Source of the DNA: Dictyostelium discoideum
Taxonomy: Eukaryota
Direction of reading: 5' to 3'
Assembly: GCA_000004695.1 (NCBI GenBank)
Contig: CM000151.3
Span: forward strand, 1,696,001-1,760,000
Length of the DNA: 64,000 bases
The notes under the pieces are model-generated. The model did no database searches. It saw nothing but the letters and a program-made list of their open reading frames with translations, and was not told the origin of the DNA. Positions 45,474 to 62,988 of the stretch are shown here, in pieces (the stretch's first letter is position 1; each line of letters opens with the position of its first letter). Position numbers and translations under genes: made by a program.

Positions 45474-46684
45474 TTAATCTTGATTCTTTTCATCTGGTTC
45501 TATTTGTTGTGGTGGTGGTGGTGGTGGTGGTTGTTCAATTTCTGAATTTTGTTGTTCAGATTGATTTATTTCTGGTAATTCAATTTCATCATTGTGGTTT
45601 TTTTCATTTTCATCAATTTCAGAAACTGATTCTTCAGTGAAATCAGCTAAAACGGCACCAGATGTAACATCAGCAACTTCTTGATTTGGTTCAATGACTG
45701 AAGATTCTGAATCATCAGTGAAATCACCAGATACGAGATTACCTCTACGATTAGTTCTATGGTTACCACTATTTGAACTTTTATGACTTTCAGCACGAGC
45801 AGTGGCAATATTTGATGATTTTTTAGATTTAAACATTTCATTTGTACCTTCTTCACCATATTCATAGACTCTATAGAATTTTGGTAAGAAAATAATTAAA
45901 ACTGCTGCAGTTGTAATAAAAAGACCAGCAACACTTAGAATAATAGTTTCTGATTGTTTTTCCAATGGGGAGATCATTAATGGTACAATAACGAAAAGAC
46001 AAAAACTAATAGCATAAAGTGTATGAGCGATGGCACGTGATTCATTGAATTCTTCAATATCAACAATACGAATTTTCCATGATACAAAAACACCTGTTAA
46101 AAGTAATGCTCCAAAGTATGCCAAAATCGTGTATAAAACTGAAGCACCAGAGTTATTCATTTTACAAATTTTCAAGAATTCATATTTACCTAATGAATCA
46201 ATACCAGTTGCATCAACTTCTCTTAAATCACCAAGTGATGTTAAAATACTCATTAAAATGATATTGATTACCAAACAACATGCAACCCATGGATATAATT
46301 GATAATTGGTAATTTTAACTGTTTTTAATTCTGGATTATCAAAAATCAACCAAATTCTAAAGTTTTTAACTACTAAACTACCAATAAGTGTTGAAAAACC
46401 CAATGTAACCATCCATAATCTTCCATTGCATACATGATCATTAAGTTCACTAACCCATAAAATTATACCGCCAAAAACTATCAATGCACCAAATAATATG
46501 AAAATTAAGAAAATTGGACTTGCTGAACGAATTGATGATGATGCTCTATATTTATAAACTCCAACCATACTTAATAATACGATTGCAATTAATACACCAG
46601 AAACAATTGAAACACCAATTTGAATTGATGGTGAAAATTTAACCTAAATTATATTTTTTAAAAAAAAAAAATTAATATTATTAT

Positions 46685-46735
<51 letters not shown>

Positions 46736-47889
46736 CATACTTGAGTATTTGTAATATTATAATAACCAAAATAAGTCATACCTGGGAATGGTTCATTAAT
46801 AAAAAAGAAATTTGAACCAGCAATACATTTTGTACGATCATAAGTTGTAGACATAGTTAAATTCCATTTTTCTGCATATTTTAACATAAGATCATTGCAA
46901 TTAGTTGGATGAATAGCTCTTGGAGTTGATTTTAAATATGAAATGGTGTCATTAATTTTTGTTTTAGTGTCTTGTGGAACATCAAAACCATAGGAAATAT
47001 CATAAAAGTTTAATGTTGGATCAATATTAAAATCTGCATAATTATTCTTTGGTTTACCTTTAACCAATGCATTTTTAACAATTGGTAAAAAGATTTTTGT
47101 CCAGTTATAGGAATAACTGAATACAACATTTTCGCCATAAACTTCTCTTTGTGGGAAACCATTTGTACCCAATGCTTTGAATCCACGAGAAATTACAGTA
47201 TTACCAGCGGAGAAATCATCCAAAGTATCACCAATAACATCACAACCCATATCTAATAATTCTGCAGTGGCACGAGTGGTTTTATCTGAATTTAAAAATG
47301 CACCAATGTTATAATAGTAAAATTCAATTTTTGGATTAATTTGTTTTGCACCGAGCCAATAGGCATAAACAAAACAATCGGCACTTCCACCTAATAAACC
47401 AGGTGATAAGAAACCAATTTTATTAGTTTTGGTATAAAGTCCTGCAAAAACACCACTAATATAATTAATTGATGCATAATTATAAGTAACTTGTAAAAGA
47501 TTTGAAGTTGCGTTTGAACTGCCTCTTACCATAAATTGAGTTTTAATCGTTAGACTGCCTTCATACATTTTGGCAATTTCTTTACAAGCTTCTACATGTC
47601 CTAAACTTGTACACATCACAAAGTCAACATCTTCATTTTGAACCATTGGTAAAAGTAATGCTTTGGTATCATTATAGCCGTCAACGATATATACTTTGGT
47701 GTCAGTTATACCTAATTGTTTTTCAACATTTACTTTTCCTTGGTTTAACATATTATTAAATCCTAAATCATTAAAATTATTTGATAATAAAGTAATCATT
47801 TTAAAATTAACTAAATCTACTCCATAACTTGATTTTATATCTTTAAAAATAAATATTAAAAATAATACTAAAAATATTATTTTTTTCAT
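45474..47889 (-). CDS. Family-C (metabotropic glutamate/GABA-B-like, Dicty grl-type) GPCR with an N-terminal BMP-family periplasmic-binding-like ectodomain. Two exons: join(47889..46741, 46643..45474), about 773 aa.
   Basis: Signal peptide, then a Bmp/PnrA-like ligand-binding domain (the ectodomain type of Dicty Grl receptors), then a 7TM domain (…VACCLVINIILMSILTSLG…). Minus-strand donor GTATGT at 46740..46735, acceptor AG at 46645/46644, phase 0. The intron contains a T(40) run that the ORF track reads as poly-K. Confidence 0.75.
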
Positions 47890-48603
47890 TTTTTTTTTTT
47901 TTTTTTTCTATTTATAGATTTTTTTAATTATTTATATATCTTTTGTTTTAAAATTTTTTTTATTTTTTTCTATTAAAATTATTTTATTTTATTATATTTT
48001 ATAATTATTTTATTTTTTTATTTTTTTATTACTTATTTTTTTATTATTTTTTTATTATTTATTTTTTTATTATTTATTTTTTATTATTTATTTTTTTAAT
48101 TATTTTATTTTATTATATTTTATATTTATTTTATTTTTTTATTTTAAAGAAATAAATGTAAAAAAAGGTAGTATTACAGTGGAAAAAAATAAAAAGTGTA
48201 ATAGGGGAAACTGTCAAAAATTATTTTAAGCAATAAGTATTTTAAAAAAAAATTAAAAAAAAAAAAAAAAATAAAAAAAAATAATTAAAATAATTAACAA
48301 AAATCAGATTTTTTCATTTATTTTTTTTTTTTTATTATAATTAATTCAAAAAAAAAAATTTTGTGCTTAATTCGTTCGTTTTGGAAAAATCAATTGTTTT
48401 TTTATCTAGATATAGCTGCAAAACTCATAGCCAAAAAAATAAAAAAAAATGAAAAAAAAAAAAAAAAAAATACAAAACGAAAATATCTGTGGTTGATTGA
48501 GTATTTTGAGGTTTATTAAATCCAATTTCGTTGATCATTTTATTTTTTATTATTATAATAAACCACAAATTGTCTAAAAACTTAAGAAAAGTTGGTTTCC
48601 GAA

Positions 48604-48635
<32 letters not shown>

Positions 48636-49159
48636 AAAAAATCAATCAACAAAATATCTGAAAAAAAAAAAAAAACTCAGAAAGATTAAGGGTGTTTGGA
48701 TGTAAAAATTTCAGCATTAAAGTGTTGAAAAGTAATTTTATGATGCGCTGTGGGTTTGTCGCCTTTTTTTTTTTTTACTTTTATTTTTTTATTTTCTATG
48801 CGACTCCCCTTAAGAAAGATTTTATTTGCCTTTTTTTATATTAAATTATTTTTATTTTTTTTTTATGTATTTTTTTAATTTTTTTTCCTTTTTTTTTTTT
48901 TTTTTTTTTTTTAATTGTTTTTTATTTTCAAAATAGATATAAAAAAAAGGAGATCTAATTTTTTTTGTAATAAAAAAAGGAGATCTAATTTATTGAAAAT
49001 AAATTGATTAAAATAAAAAAAAAAGGGAACTGAAAAAAAAAAAAAAAATCATTTACACAAGAATTAGATAATTTTTTTTTTTTTTTTTTTTCCAAAAAAT
49101 GATTTTAAAATAGTGAACATTCGTGGGTATTCTAAAAAAAAAACTCGCTCACTGATAAT

Positions 49160-49197
<38 letters not shown>

Positions 49198-49283
49198 TCA
49201 GTTTTTATTTTTAAAAAAAAAAGTTGATTATATTTAGGTTGGTCAACCATAAAAAAAAAAAAAAAAAAAAAATATTAATAAAA

Positions 49284-50927
49284 ATGACTTCACAAAAAAT
49301 CATTTTACCATTATATATTCAAAAAATAATAATTAAAATTTTATGTAAATTTATAAATAATAATAATAAAGTTTTAGATACACTTGGATTTAAAAATTAT
49401 AGAGACAGTGAAAAAGCAATCAAAAAGTTAATGATAAATTTAGCATTAGTTTCACATAGTTGGTTTAATACCTTTTCAAATAATTTAAATGTTTCTATTG
49501 ATTTCAACTATGGTAATTCAGAATACTCAATTATAAAAAAAGAGAATGTAAAAACTTTGAAACTTCATTATGATCATGATAAACATCACTTTTATAATAA
49601 AAATATAAATAAAAAAGATAATAAAAAATATGAAGTTGAAATTCCAATTGGTGAAGTTTTAGAAAAATTAAAAATATTAAAATCATCTTCAAATTCATCA
49701 TTTCAAAATTTAATAATTAGAAATATAGGTAATTCAATAGAAAGTATTCCAAAGCTTTTGAATCCTATTCAAACTTTTGGCACCACCACAACCATCAATA
49801 ATAATTTTAATGAACAACAAATTATTGAAAAAATAAGTTTATTAGAGTATAAAATTGATCAAGATTTAGCAATTGAAACTTTAAAAGAACTTGAAACTTT
49901 TAATGTGAAAAAATTATTTTGCATTACAACCTCTGGGTCTTTTAAAATTTTAGAAGATTTTTTTAAAATTTATGCAAGAAATTTAAAGCAATTCTTATTT
50001 TTAAAGTTTGATAATATGCCAAATTATATTTCTCAACTAAATGAAGATGGTAGTGACACAAATGAACTATTACCATGCTTTAAGACTTTATTTTCATTAA
50101 ACAAATGTAAATCAATTGTATTCTATGGAAATCTTTTTATAAGTCAATGTAAAAATAATAATCATTTAAATATTTATGGAATGCAAATTAGATTAAAAGA
50201 TATTGAAAACTTATTAGATTTTAAAAAAAATGATTATTTTGAAAGTTTATCTTTAACTATTTGTTTTTATAATTTAAGTTTTTTCTTAACTCCAACTTCA
50301 ATAATATCACAATCATTACTATCACCACCACAAACATCTCCTAAATTTTCAAAATTTTCAAAATCATCATCATCATCATCACCAGAACCTCAAATATCAA
50401 GATTATTTAAGAAATGTCCATGTGGGCAAAGTCAAAATGAGGATGATTTTAAAATGAATTGGAATTCATTAATTGAATGTCTTAAAATTAATACAAAAAA
50501 TTTAAAACATTTAGATTTATCACATGAATGTAAACATTCCCTCCTTAATCCATATTTAAATTATCCAATTCAATTCTATAGTGGTATTGCTAAAATATTA
50601 AACTCAATACCTTTATTAGAATCCTTTTCTTCATATTGTTTTCCATCACCTTCAACTTTAATTAATGAACTTTTTTCAGCACCAACTTCTTTTTTGGAAA
50701 CAAATGAAACAATAAAACTGGGGGAAAAATTAAAAAAACCTGTTTGTTCTATAACTAAATTTACATTTTTTATTCATAAGGATTATTACACTGATGCCCA
50801 ATTAACTGAAACTATTCAATCAACAAGCTATTCACTACAAAGACATCAATCAATTACAAATCTCAAACTATATCTAACATCTTCAAATAATTATAAGAAA
50901 AATCTTATATTTAAATTTGAAAAATAA
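49284..50927 (+). CDS. Hypothetical protein with an F-box-like N-terminus (ILPLYIQKIIIKIL) and a Leu/Asn-rich body.
   Basis: The ORF track start at 49224 is a TTG. The first ATG is at 49284 (MTSQKIILPLY...). No confident family match; possibly a degenerate FNIP/LRR-type protein. Confidence 0.5.
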   Translation: MTSQKIILPLYIQKIIIKILCKFINNNNKVLDTLGFKNYRDSEKAIKKLMINLALVSHSWFNTFSNNLNVSIDFNYGNSEYSIIKKENVKTLKLHYDHDKHHFYNKNINKKDNKKYEVEIPIGEVLEKLKILKSSSNSSFQNLIIRNIGNSIESIPKLLNPIQTFGTTTTINNNFNEQQIIEKISLLEYKIDQDLAIETLKELETFNVKKLFCITTSGSFKILEDFFKIYARNLKQFLFLKFDNMPNYISQLNEDGSDTNELLPCFKTLFSLNKCKSIVFYGNLFISQCKNNNHLNIYGMQIRLKDIENLLDFKKNDYFESLSLTICFYNLSFFLTPTSIISQSLLSPPQTSPKFSKFSKSSSSSSPEPQISRLFKKCPCGQSQNEDDFKMNWNSLIECLKINTKNLKHLDLSHECKHSLLNPYLNYPIQFYSGIAKILNSIPLLESFSSYCFPSPSTLINELFSAPTSFLETNETIKLGEKLKKPVCSITKFTFFIHKDYYTDAQLTETIQSTSYSLQRHQSITNLKLYLTSSNNYKKNLIFKFEK

Positions 50928-51962
50928 AAAAAAAAAAAAATCAGTTCTCTTTTGAGATACTTGTTTTCAAATTAATGTTAAAGTATTATTTTTTTTTTTT
51001 TTTTTTTTTAGATATTTTATTTTATTTTTAGATATTTTGAATTATTGTAAGATTTTAATTAATTGTTGGAATTTGAGTTTATTTTGTTTTTTTTTTTTGT
51101 TTTTTTTTTTTGATTTTGTTCATTTTTTTTCTTGGTTAAATTGAAAATTTGAACAACTAAAATGGTAATACCACAACAATTCTATGGAAATTTTTTAAAA
51201 GATCCTCAATAAGATGTGGTTGTAGTACTCTATATCTTTTTTCAATTTTGATTAAATGAATAGTGAATCTAAATAATTTCGAAGTCTACTTTGAATAGCT
51301 CTTGATGATTTACCAAATGTTCTTGAAACTTAAATTGATAAATATTGATAAATAATATAATTTGTCCGACACAGTGTTTCTATATCACAACTAACCATTG
51401 ATAATTAATTATTAATTTTTTATCATTATTTTTCTGTTATTATTATTTTTTTATTTATTTTTTATTTTGATTAAAAAAAAAAAAAAAAAAAAAAAAGGAA
51501 AAAAGTAGTGGTGTAAATTTAAAAACATAAAAACGAAAAAATTAATTATTAGTAATATTATTTTTTGAATCCAGGTTTTAATGGGTTTTATTTGATCTTG
51601 AAAAGAAATAAATCAAATGAAAATAAAAAAAAAAAAAAATAAAAAGAAAAACTTGTAATTAATTTAAAAAATGAAGTATTTTGAGATTGATTTAAAAAAG
51701 TTTTTTTTTTTTAATGTTTTTGTTTATGTTTTTTTTTTTATATATATTTTTTTTTTTTTTGTTTTTTTTTTTTTTTTTTTATGGTTTTACTATTACTATT
51801 ATTATCATTATTATTATTATTTATAAATTAAATTATTACTTTTCTTAAAAATCTATTTTATAAAAAAAAAAAATGGAAAAATTATTATTATTATTATTAT
51901 TATTGTTATTATTATATTATTGTTATTATTATTTATTAATTATATGACACGTTCGATTTTAT

Positions 51963-52491
51963 CTAAAAAATTGGTCTATAATTTAAAATTGGTTTTTGAT
52001 AAGCAGATACGATATCAACTTCATCAAATTCACTTTCTGGTGATTTATCGAATTTACTACCCATTAAACATAATTCTTTTAATTTCTCTTCAACTTCTTG
52101 TTCGGTTAAATTAGTAACAACTTTCTTTTCTTCTTTACCCCAATCTATTAAAAATAAATAAATAAATTAATAAAAATAAAAATTGTATTACATTAGAAAA
52201 ATGATTAATTTTTATGATAATATTATTATTATTATTACTATTTTTTTTATAATTAATTTTTTTTTTTTTTTACATACCATAACGAGCGTAAATTACTGGT
52301 TCAACACCATGACCTTCACGAATGAGTAATGGTAATTTTGGATTTAATCTTTTTAAATCAGAGTAATTCTTTACAACAAAGTTTCTCAAACCTTCACTAC
52401 TTTGATTGGATTGACAAAATGTAATTCTAATTTCTTGTAAGTTGTGTGATAATAATGCTCTCCAAGACATCTGTATTGATCGATTTTTCAT
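51963..52491 (-). CDS. ndufa2: NADH dehydrogenase (ubiquinone) 1 alpha subcomplex subunit 2 (complex I B8; L51/S25/CI-B8 thioredoxin-like fold). Two exons: join(52491..52278, 52144..51963).
   Basis: LQEIRITFCQSNQSSEGLRNFVVKNYSDLKRLNPKLPLLIREGHGVEPVIYARYGM|DWGKEEKKVVTNLTEQEV aligns to NDUFA2 ([72 protein letters not shown]). Donor GTATGT at 52277..52272, acceptor AG at 52146/52145, phase 1. Confidence 0.75.
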
Positions 52492-54417
52492 TTTATTTTA
52501 TTTTTTTTATTTTTTTTTTTTTGGTTTTAAAATATTAATATCTTTGGTTTTATTTTATTTTATTTTATTTTATTTGGTTATTTATTTGAGTATTTTTCAA
52601 AGTTTTAAGTGTGTGTCACAAAAATAACAATAAAAGAAAAATAATATATTAAAAATATATATATTTTGCTTGAATTGAAGATTTTTTTTTCTATTTATTG
52701 GTTTTTTTACTATTAATTATGATTATTTACAATAATAGAATTATTATTGTTTTAAAAATTATTTATATATATATATTAATTTTATTCACACAATATTTCA
52801 CGACTCTACACAAAATACACAAAAAATTAATATACAATTTTTTTATTTAAAAAAAAAAGTGATGTATTAATTAAAAAAAAAAAAAAAAAAAAAAAATAAA
52901 TAAATAAAAAAAAATTTTAAAATAAATAAATAAAATACTGCAAATGGGTTGTGTAGTAGTAGTTAGAAGAGATAGACAAAACAAAAAAAAAAAAAAAAAA
53001 AAGTTAACCAACAAAAACAAACAAAAAAAAAAAAAAAAAAAAAAAAATTAAAAATTACCAAATAAAACAAAAAAAGAATATCTATAAAAAAAAAAATTAA
53101 TTTTTATATGTTAAATTTCAATTTGAATATTTAATTTTTTTTTTTTTTTTTTTTATTATCAATTTAATTTAATTTTAATTTAAAATTAAAAAATAAAAGG
53201 GCAACTTTTCATCTCTTTTTTTTTTTAAAAAAAAATATGGGTTTTGTTTAAATTATTTTTTTATTTATTAAAAAAAAAAAAAAAAAATCAGCCAAGCCAG
53301 GCAAGCCAAGCCAAAAAAAAAAAAAAAAAAAAAGAGTGGATTTGCAATTAATATAAAAAATATAAATATATTTTCAAAAAGAGATTCCAATATAAATACG
53401 CGATAAAAACGCACACACAAAGAGCAATTGTTTTGTTGTTGTTGTTATTATTAAACTATTTTTTTTACCCTTTTATTTTTTTTTTTTGTTCTTAATTTTT
53501 TAATTTTTTTTTAAAATTTTTTTTTTTTATTTTTAGCTTTTATATATGATTATTATTATAAGATAATTTTCAAATATAATTAAAAAAAAAAAAAAATTAA
53601 AAAAATAAAAAAAATAAAAAAATAAAAATAACACCCACACAAAAAATAATTTTATTATTAACAACAAAGAAAATAAAATTTGGCGGTATAATACCATCAT
53701 ACGCATTGACACACACACAAACACAAACACTAACACAAACCCCACATTAAAAAAAAAAAAATATTTTTTTATTCATTTTCTTTTTTTTTTTTTCTCTTCA
53801 TGAGGGTGGTGGTGGTAGTTGGTGTGGGTGTTACTGAATTAATAAAGAAAAGAGACATCTCACCATTCATCCGAATCCCAATCAAAATTTTGAGAGATTA
53901 TGATGGTGCTAAGGTGGTGGTGGTGGTAGTGTTATTATTATTATTATTATTATCGTTGTCGTTATAATTTAATTATTATTATTATTTTTATTTTTATTAT
54001 TATTATTATTATTATGTGCTATTGTTGTATTTCATATTGTTATTTATTTTTAAAATAAAAAAATAAAAAAAATAAAAAAATCCAGAAATTATCTTTTCCT
54101 ATATTTAGCCCAAAATAAAAGAAAATAAAAAATTTCAAAAAGTGGGGGCGAGTGGGGTGATTTTGGATATGAGCAGAAATAAAAACATAATTTTGTAAGT
54201 TAAATGTAAAAATGAATGAGGATATTTGTTATGTGTTGAAATACAATTATCAATATTAATATTAATATTAATTTTTTTTTTAATATCGGGATAATATCGG
54301 TGTGATATTGATGGTTTGAGATAACACCTCCAACTTTTTTTTTTTTTTTATTTTTATTTTTTTTTTTTGATATTACAATAAAAAGTCATTATTCATACTT
54401 CAACACCTTTTATCGAC

Positions 54418-54580
<163 letters not shown>

Positions 54581-54906
54581 CTGGTTATGTTATTGTTTAT
54601 TTCGAGTGTACATTTGAATGAGAAAATTATAAAAAAAATATAAAATAAAATTATTGGTTATTTTGATTTGCCATAAAGTCACAAGTAAACTACCACACTT
54701 CCCACTTCCCACTACACAGTAAAAAAAAAAAAAATAAAAAAATAATGACAAAAAATAAAAGTAAAAAATATTGACATTGATTGAGATTATATGAAATCAC
54801 AAATATATGATGATCTCCACAAATAGTACAAAAAATAAATAATAAAAAAAAAAAAGGCAACAAAATTAAAAAATTATAGTGATTTTAGATTTAAAGTAAT
54901 TTTGAA

Positions 54907-54949
<43 letters not shown>

Positions 54950-55986
54950 ATTATATATAAATTTTATGTAAATTTACATTTTCTTCTTTAACCATTATTT
55001 ACTTTACTACTATTATTATTATTATTATTAATATTATAATTTTATTATTATTATTACTATTACTATTATATCGAATTTGCCTATTATTTTATTTTATTGT
55101 CTAATTTTTTTTTTTTTTTTTATTTATTATTTTTTTTATATAAAAAAAAAAAACAAAAAAAGATATTATTTTGATTCAATAAAAATAAAAAATAATTATT
55201 TTTTTTTTTGGTAATGTGTGTTTTGTTAATTTCGATTATTTAAAAATTTGTTTTTTTTTGTGGTTTAATGAGACACAAATTATAATATTACAATTTTATT
55301 ATTATATTATTATTGAAAAAAAAAAAAAAGAAAAAAGAAAAAAAGAAAAAAAAAAAAAAAAACAACATCGTTATCTTGATTTTCGCTACCTTTCTTTATT
55401 ATGGTGATGAATCTTTTATGTGTTTTAATTGAAAAAAAAAAATTGAATAAAAAATGAAAAAAAAAAAAAAAAAATAAAAATTAAAATAAAAAAATTAAAA
55501 AAAAATTAAAATTAAAAAAAAAAAATTAAAAAAATTTTAAAAACTTCGAAATCGCTTGTTGGGCTTTTGACTTCTCTCTTATTAAAATTGAATTAAATTT
55601 CCCACTGGCACCATAAAAATTTTTTTTTTTTTTTTTTTTTTTTTTGGCATTAATGATTTTGCCAAATTCAAAAAATTTGAGATACAAAACCGGGACTATT
55701 TATGGCAATTTCACCCCTTTTTTTTTTTTTTCTTTTTTTTATTTTCATTTTTTTTTATTTTTACAAATCCAGTTTTCCAAATTATGTTTACAAAAAAAAA
55801 AAAAAAATAGATAATTTATTTTATTTTTATTTATTATAATTATATTTTTTTTATTAAATTAATTATTTTTATTTATATGTATAAAAAACGAGTTTAATAT
55901 AAATAATTAAATAAATAAATAAAAAAAGAAAAAATAAAAAAAAAATTCAATAATTATATTTTTTTTTTTTAAATTTATTTTTTAAT

Positions 55987-56256
55987 TTATTTTTTATTAT
56001 TATTATTATTACGGTATTCCCAAACATCAGACAATTTTTGAACAAAGAAAGCTTTGGTTGCGTCCTTTCCAGAAGTTTTGATTCCAAATTTCGAAGCAAT
56101 TTGTTTTAATTCGGCCAAACTCATTTTATCATAATCGGGTTTAGGTTCAATATTTGATGTAGTATTACTTACTCTGGAAGTGGTTTGTTGTGGTTGTTGT
56201 TGTTGTGGGGATTGTTGTTGAGATGATGAAGTTATGGTTGGAATTCTTATACTCAA
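55987..56256 (-). CDS. C-terminal coding segment carrying an SLX4 conserved C-terminal (SLX1-binding) helix-turn-helix-like motif. It probably belongs to the upstream SLX4-like gene.
   Basis: ...PDYDKMSLAELKQIASKFGIKTSGKDATKAFFVQKLSDVWEY fits the Slx4 CCD pattern (LxxxVxxYGhKP.K.R..Mh..L). The frame (B) stays open back to about 56545 and encodes typical S/T/N-rich linker sequence. Confidence 0.5.
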   Translation of the reverse strand: MSIRIPTITSSSQQQSPQQQQPQQTTSRVSNTTSNIEPKPDYDKMSLAELKQIASKFGIKTSGKDATKAFFVQKLSDVWEYRNNNNNKK

Positions 56257-56558
56257 ACCATTTGGACTTGTGGCATTTCTATTATTGTTAATGACATTGG
56301 ATTTGTTATTATCATTATTATTATTATTATTATTGGTGGATGTTATTAAATCATCAGTTGATGAGGATAATGGTTTAGGTCTATAATTAGAATATTGTTT
56401 TTGAGATGGTGAAATATCATTTTGAGCATTGAAATTTGTTGCCGATGTTAATATTGTTGAAACTGTATTGAAAGAGGTGTTGCTACTATTGTTTGTGTTG
56501 TTATTAAGTATTATTATTATTAGTATTATTAGTATTATTATTGTTATTGTTGTTGTTA

Positions 56559-60272
<3,714 letters not shown>

Positions 60273-60944
60273 ATTTTAAGTTGGTGTTACCCAATCGTCT
60301 AATAATAAACTTGTTTGTCGTTGTTGTTGTTGTTGTTATTGTTATTGTTGTTGGGAGTTTGTATTTGTTTTTGTACTTGTTTTTGTATTTGTATTTATAT
60401 TTGTTTTAGTATCATATTAATATTTGAATATGTTTTTTTCGACTTTTTTTATTTTTTTATTTATTTTTTTTTAATGAAAATTTTCATTCTTCTAAGAAAT
60501 AGTTGTTTGTTTGGAATTTGTAGTCAAATTGTTAAAAAAAAAAAAAAAAAAAAAATTACTTTTTTTTTTTTTTTTTTTTATTTTTTTTTTTTTTTTTTTT
60601 TACTATCCACACTTAACTATTTTTATAAAAATTTTAAAAAAATAAAAAAACCCCCTTCCTTAATTTATTTTATCCCATAAATTTGACATATTAAAATTGG
60701 ATAGTTTTACCATTGATTTAATTCAATCTGTGACCACAAAAAAAAAATAAATAAATGAAACTAAATTTCATTTATTTTATGGGTTTAAGCTAAGCTAAAT
60801 ATTATGGAGTAAAAAAAACCCTTTGAATCAGAACCAACCGAAAATAATTTTTTTTTTTTCTTTTTTTTTTTTTTTTCTTTTTTTTTTTTTTATTTTATTT
60901 TTTTTTTTTTTCCAATCATAATATATATATATCAAGTGTGTAAA

Positions 60945-61440
60945 ATGTATTTTTGTTGCATCAATGAAAATAAAGAATATCCTGAAAATGATAGGTTATT
61001 CTTTAAAATTTGGAGGAATAAATCAATTTTAAATGAAATATTATTTCATTTAAATATTTCAAATAATTATATTTCCAAGAGAATTTTTACATTTACTGAT
61101 TTATTGGATGGTAATTTTAGATCAAGTCCATTTAAAGATTATTTCAAGAGTTTATTAATTAAAAATTCATTACAAGATACAAATGTAATTGATGAACAAA
61201 CATTAGAATCACTAAAACAAATACCACCATCTGTAGATAAACTTCATATTCAACTTTTTCAAGAAAATCAATCACAATCAATCTTCAAAGCTTCATTTCT
61301 ACCTCAATCAATCACAGATTTAACATTTACAATTTACCAAAGTGAATCAATTTTAAGTGAAAATAAATTTAAAATAGATAATGATAATAATAATTTAAAA
61401 TCATTACGTTTGGAAACAATACAATTTGGTGGTAATCTAG

Positions 61441-61514
<74 letters not shown>

Positions 61515-62861
61515 CCTAATTTAAAAAGTTTATTATTGTTTTCAGGATTAACATCATTAAATTTATCAATAAAATTTAATATTGAAATATTACCAAATGT
61601 ATTACCAAAAACATTAAAAACATTAATACTATCAGAAGATTTTAATAGAGTTTTACATGTTGGATCATTACCTGAATCATTAAGTTATTTAAAATTTGGT
61701 AGAGAATTTAATCGACCATTATTTCCAATTCAAGTTTTACCAACTCAACAATTGAAATATCTTTACTTTGGTGATTTATTTAATCAATCAATTAATGATT
61801 TACAAATTTCAAATTTACAAGTTTTAGAATTTTCAAATTATAATTCATTATCCAATAAATTAAAATTACCACCATTAAATCATTTAAAATCTTTAAAACT
61901 TGGTTCAGGATATAAATATAGTAATATATTTAATTCAGATGATGATAATAATAATAATTCAATTAAAAAATTAAAAATTGGTAAAAAATTAAATATTAAA
62001 AATTTAAAAATGTTTACAAATTTAACAAATTTAGATATTTCAAATGTAAATAAAATTAAAACTGGAAATTTATTATTGTCATCATCATCATCAAATCAAA
62101 TTTTACCAAATACAATTAAGAAATTAAAGGTTAATTTAGATAATTTGAAATATATTAAATTACCAAAATCAGTAGATAGATTAGTATTAATTGTAGATTC
62201 AAGTATCTCTAGGGATCTTATTAATGGTACTCGTAGTTTAATTCCAAATCATATTACATGTTTAGATTTTAAAATATCAAGTTCAATTTCATTTGAACCA
62301 ATTTTATTATTATTTAAAAATTTAACAAACTTAAAATCATTATCATTTAGTAGCTACCATGGTAATTCATTAACTAGAATTGTAAATAAACATAATTTAC
62401 CAATGAGTTTATTAAAATTAGCTGCTGAACTTAACGATAACCATAATAAAGATGAAGAAACAGTATTCCCAAAATCAATTGAAATATTAAACTTTATTTC
62501 ATTATCAAGTCAAATTAAACCATTGGTATCATTCCCATCAAATTTAAAATCTTTAAGAATCATTCAATATAGAGAAGAAGAAGAAATACCAAAATTACTA
62601 AATTCAATAAAATTATTAGAATTACCAATTACACTTTCACAAGAGATAGATTCCACTTGGTTACCATCATCAATTGAAACTTTAATTTTAAATGGTGATC
62701 CTATAATTAAAGATTTACCAAACTCTTTAAAAACGTTATACATTAATGACAATAATACCTCAATTCTAAACAATCATCAATTATTCACTCAACTATTACC
62801 AATTATAAAAGTTTATAATTTTAAAAATTCAAAATTATTTAAAATACTTTCAAAAAAATAA
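60945..62861 (+). CDS. FNIP-repeat-containing protein (Dictyostelium-type FNIP/LRR-like repeats), about 638 aa.
   Basis: Recurrent units ...LP.SL..L.FG..FN.PL... (for example FNRVLHVGSLPESLSYLKFGREFNRPLFPIQVLPTQQLKYLYFGDLFNQSI), a poly-S tract, and an N-terminal LFFKIWRNKSILNEILFHL. The first ATG is at 60945. Confidence 0.8.
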
Positions 62862-62911
62862 CAACAACAAATAAAATAAAATAAAATTTATTATAATTAT
62901 TTAATATTTTT

Positions 62912-62914
<3 letters not shown>

Positions 62915-62987
<73 letters not shown>

Positions 62988-62988
62988 C
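62915..62988. repeat. (TTTA)n microsatellite, about 18 units, between the FNIP gene and the PRPS gene.
   Basis: Direct reading. Confidence 0.9.

Noticed and set aside
53790-53960. 56-codon ATG ORF (MRVVVVVGVGV...VVVVVVLLLLLLSLSL) between two G-rich patches.
   Set aside because: Composition is driven by GGT/GTG and ATT repeats. It is below the ORF threshold and has no domain. It is kept only as part of the ORF-free-region finding.
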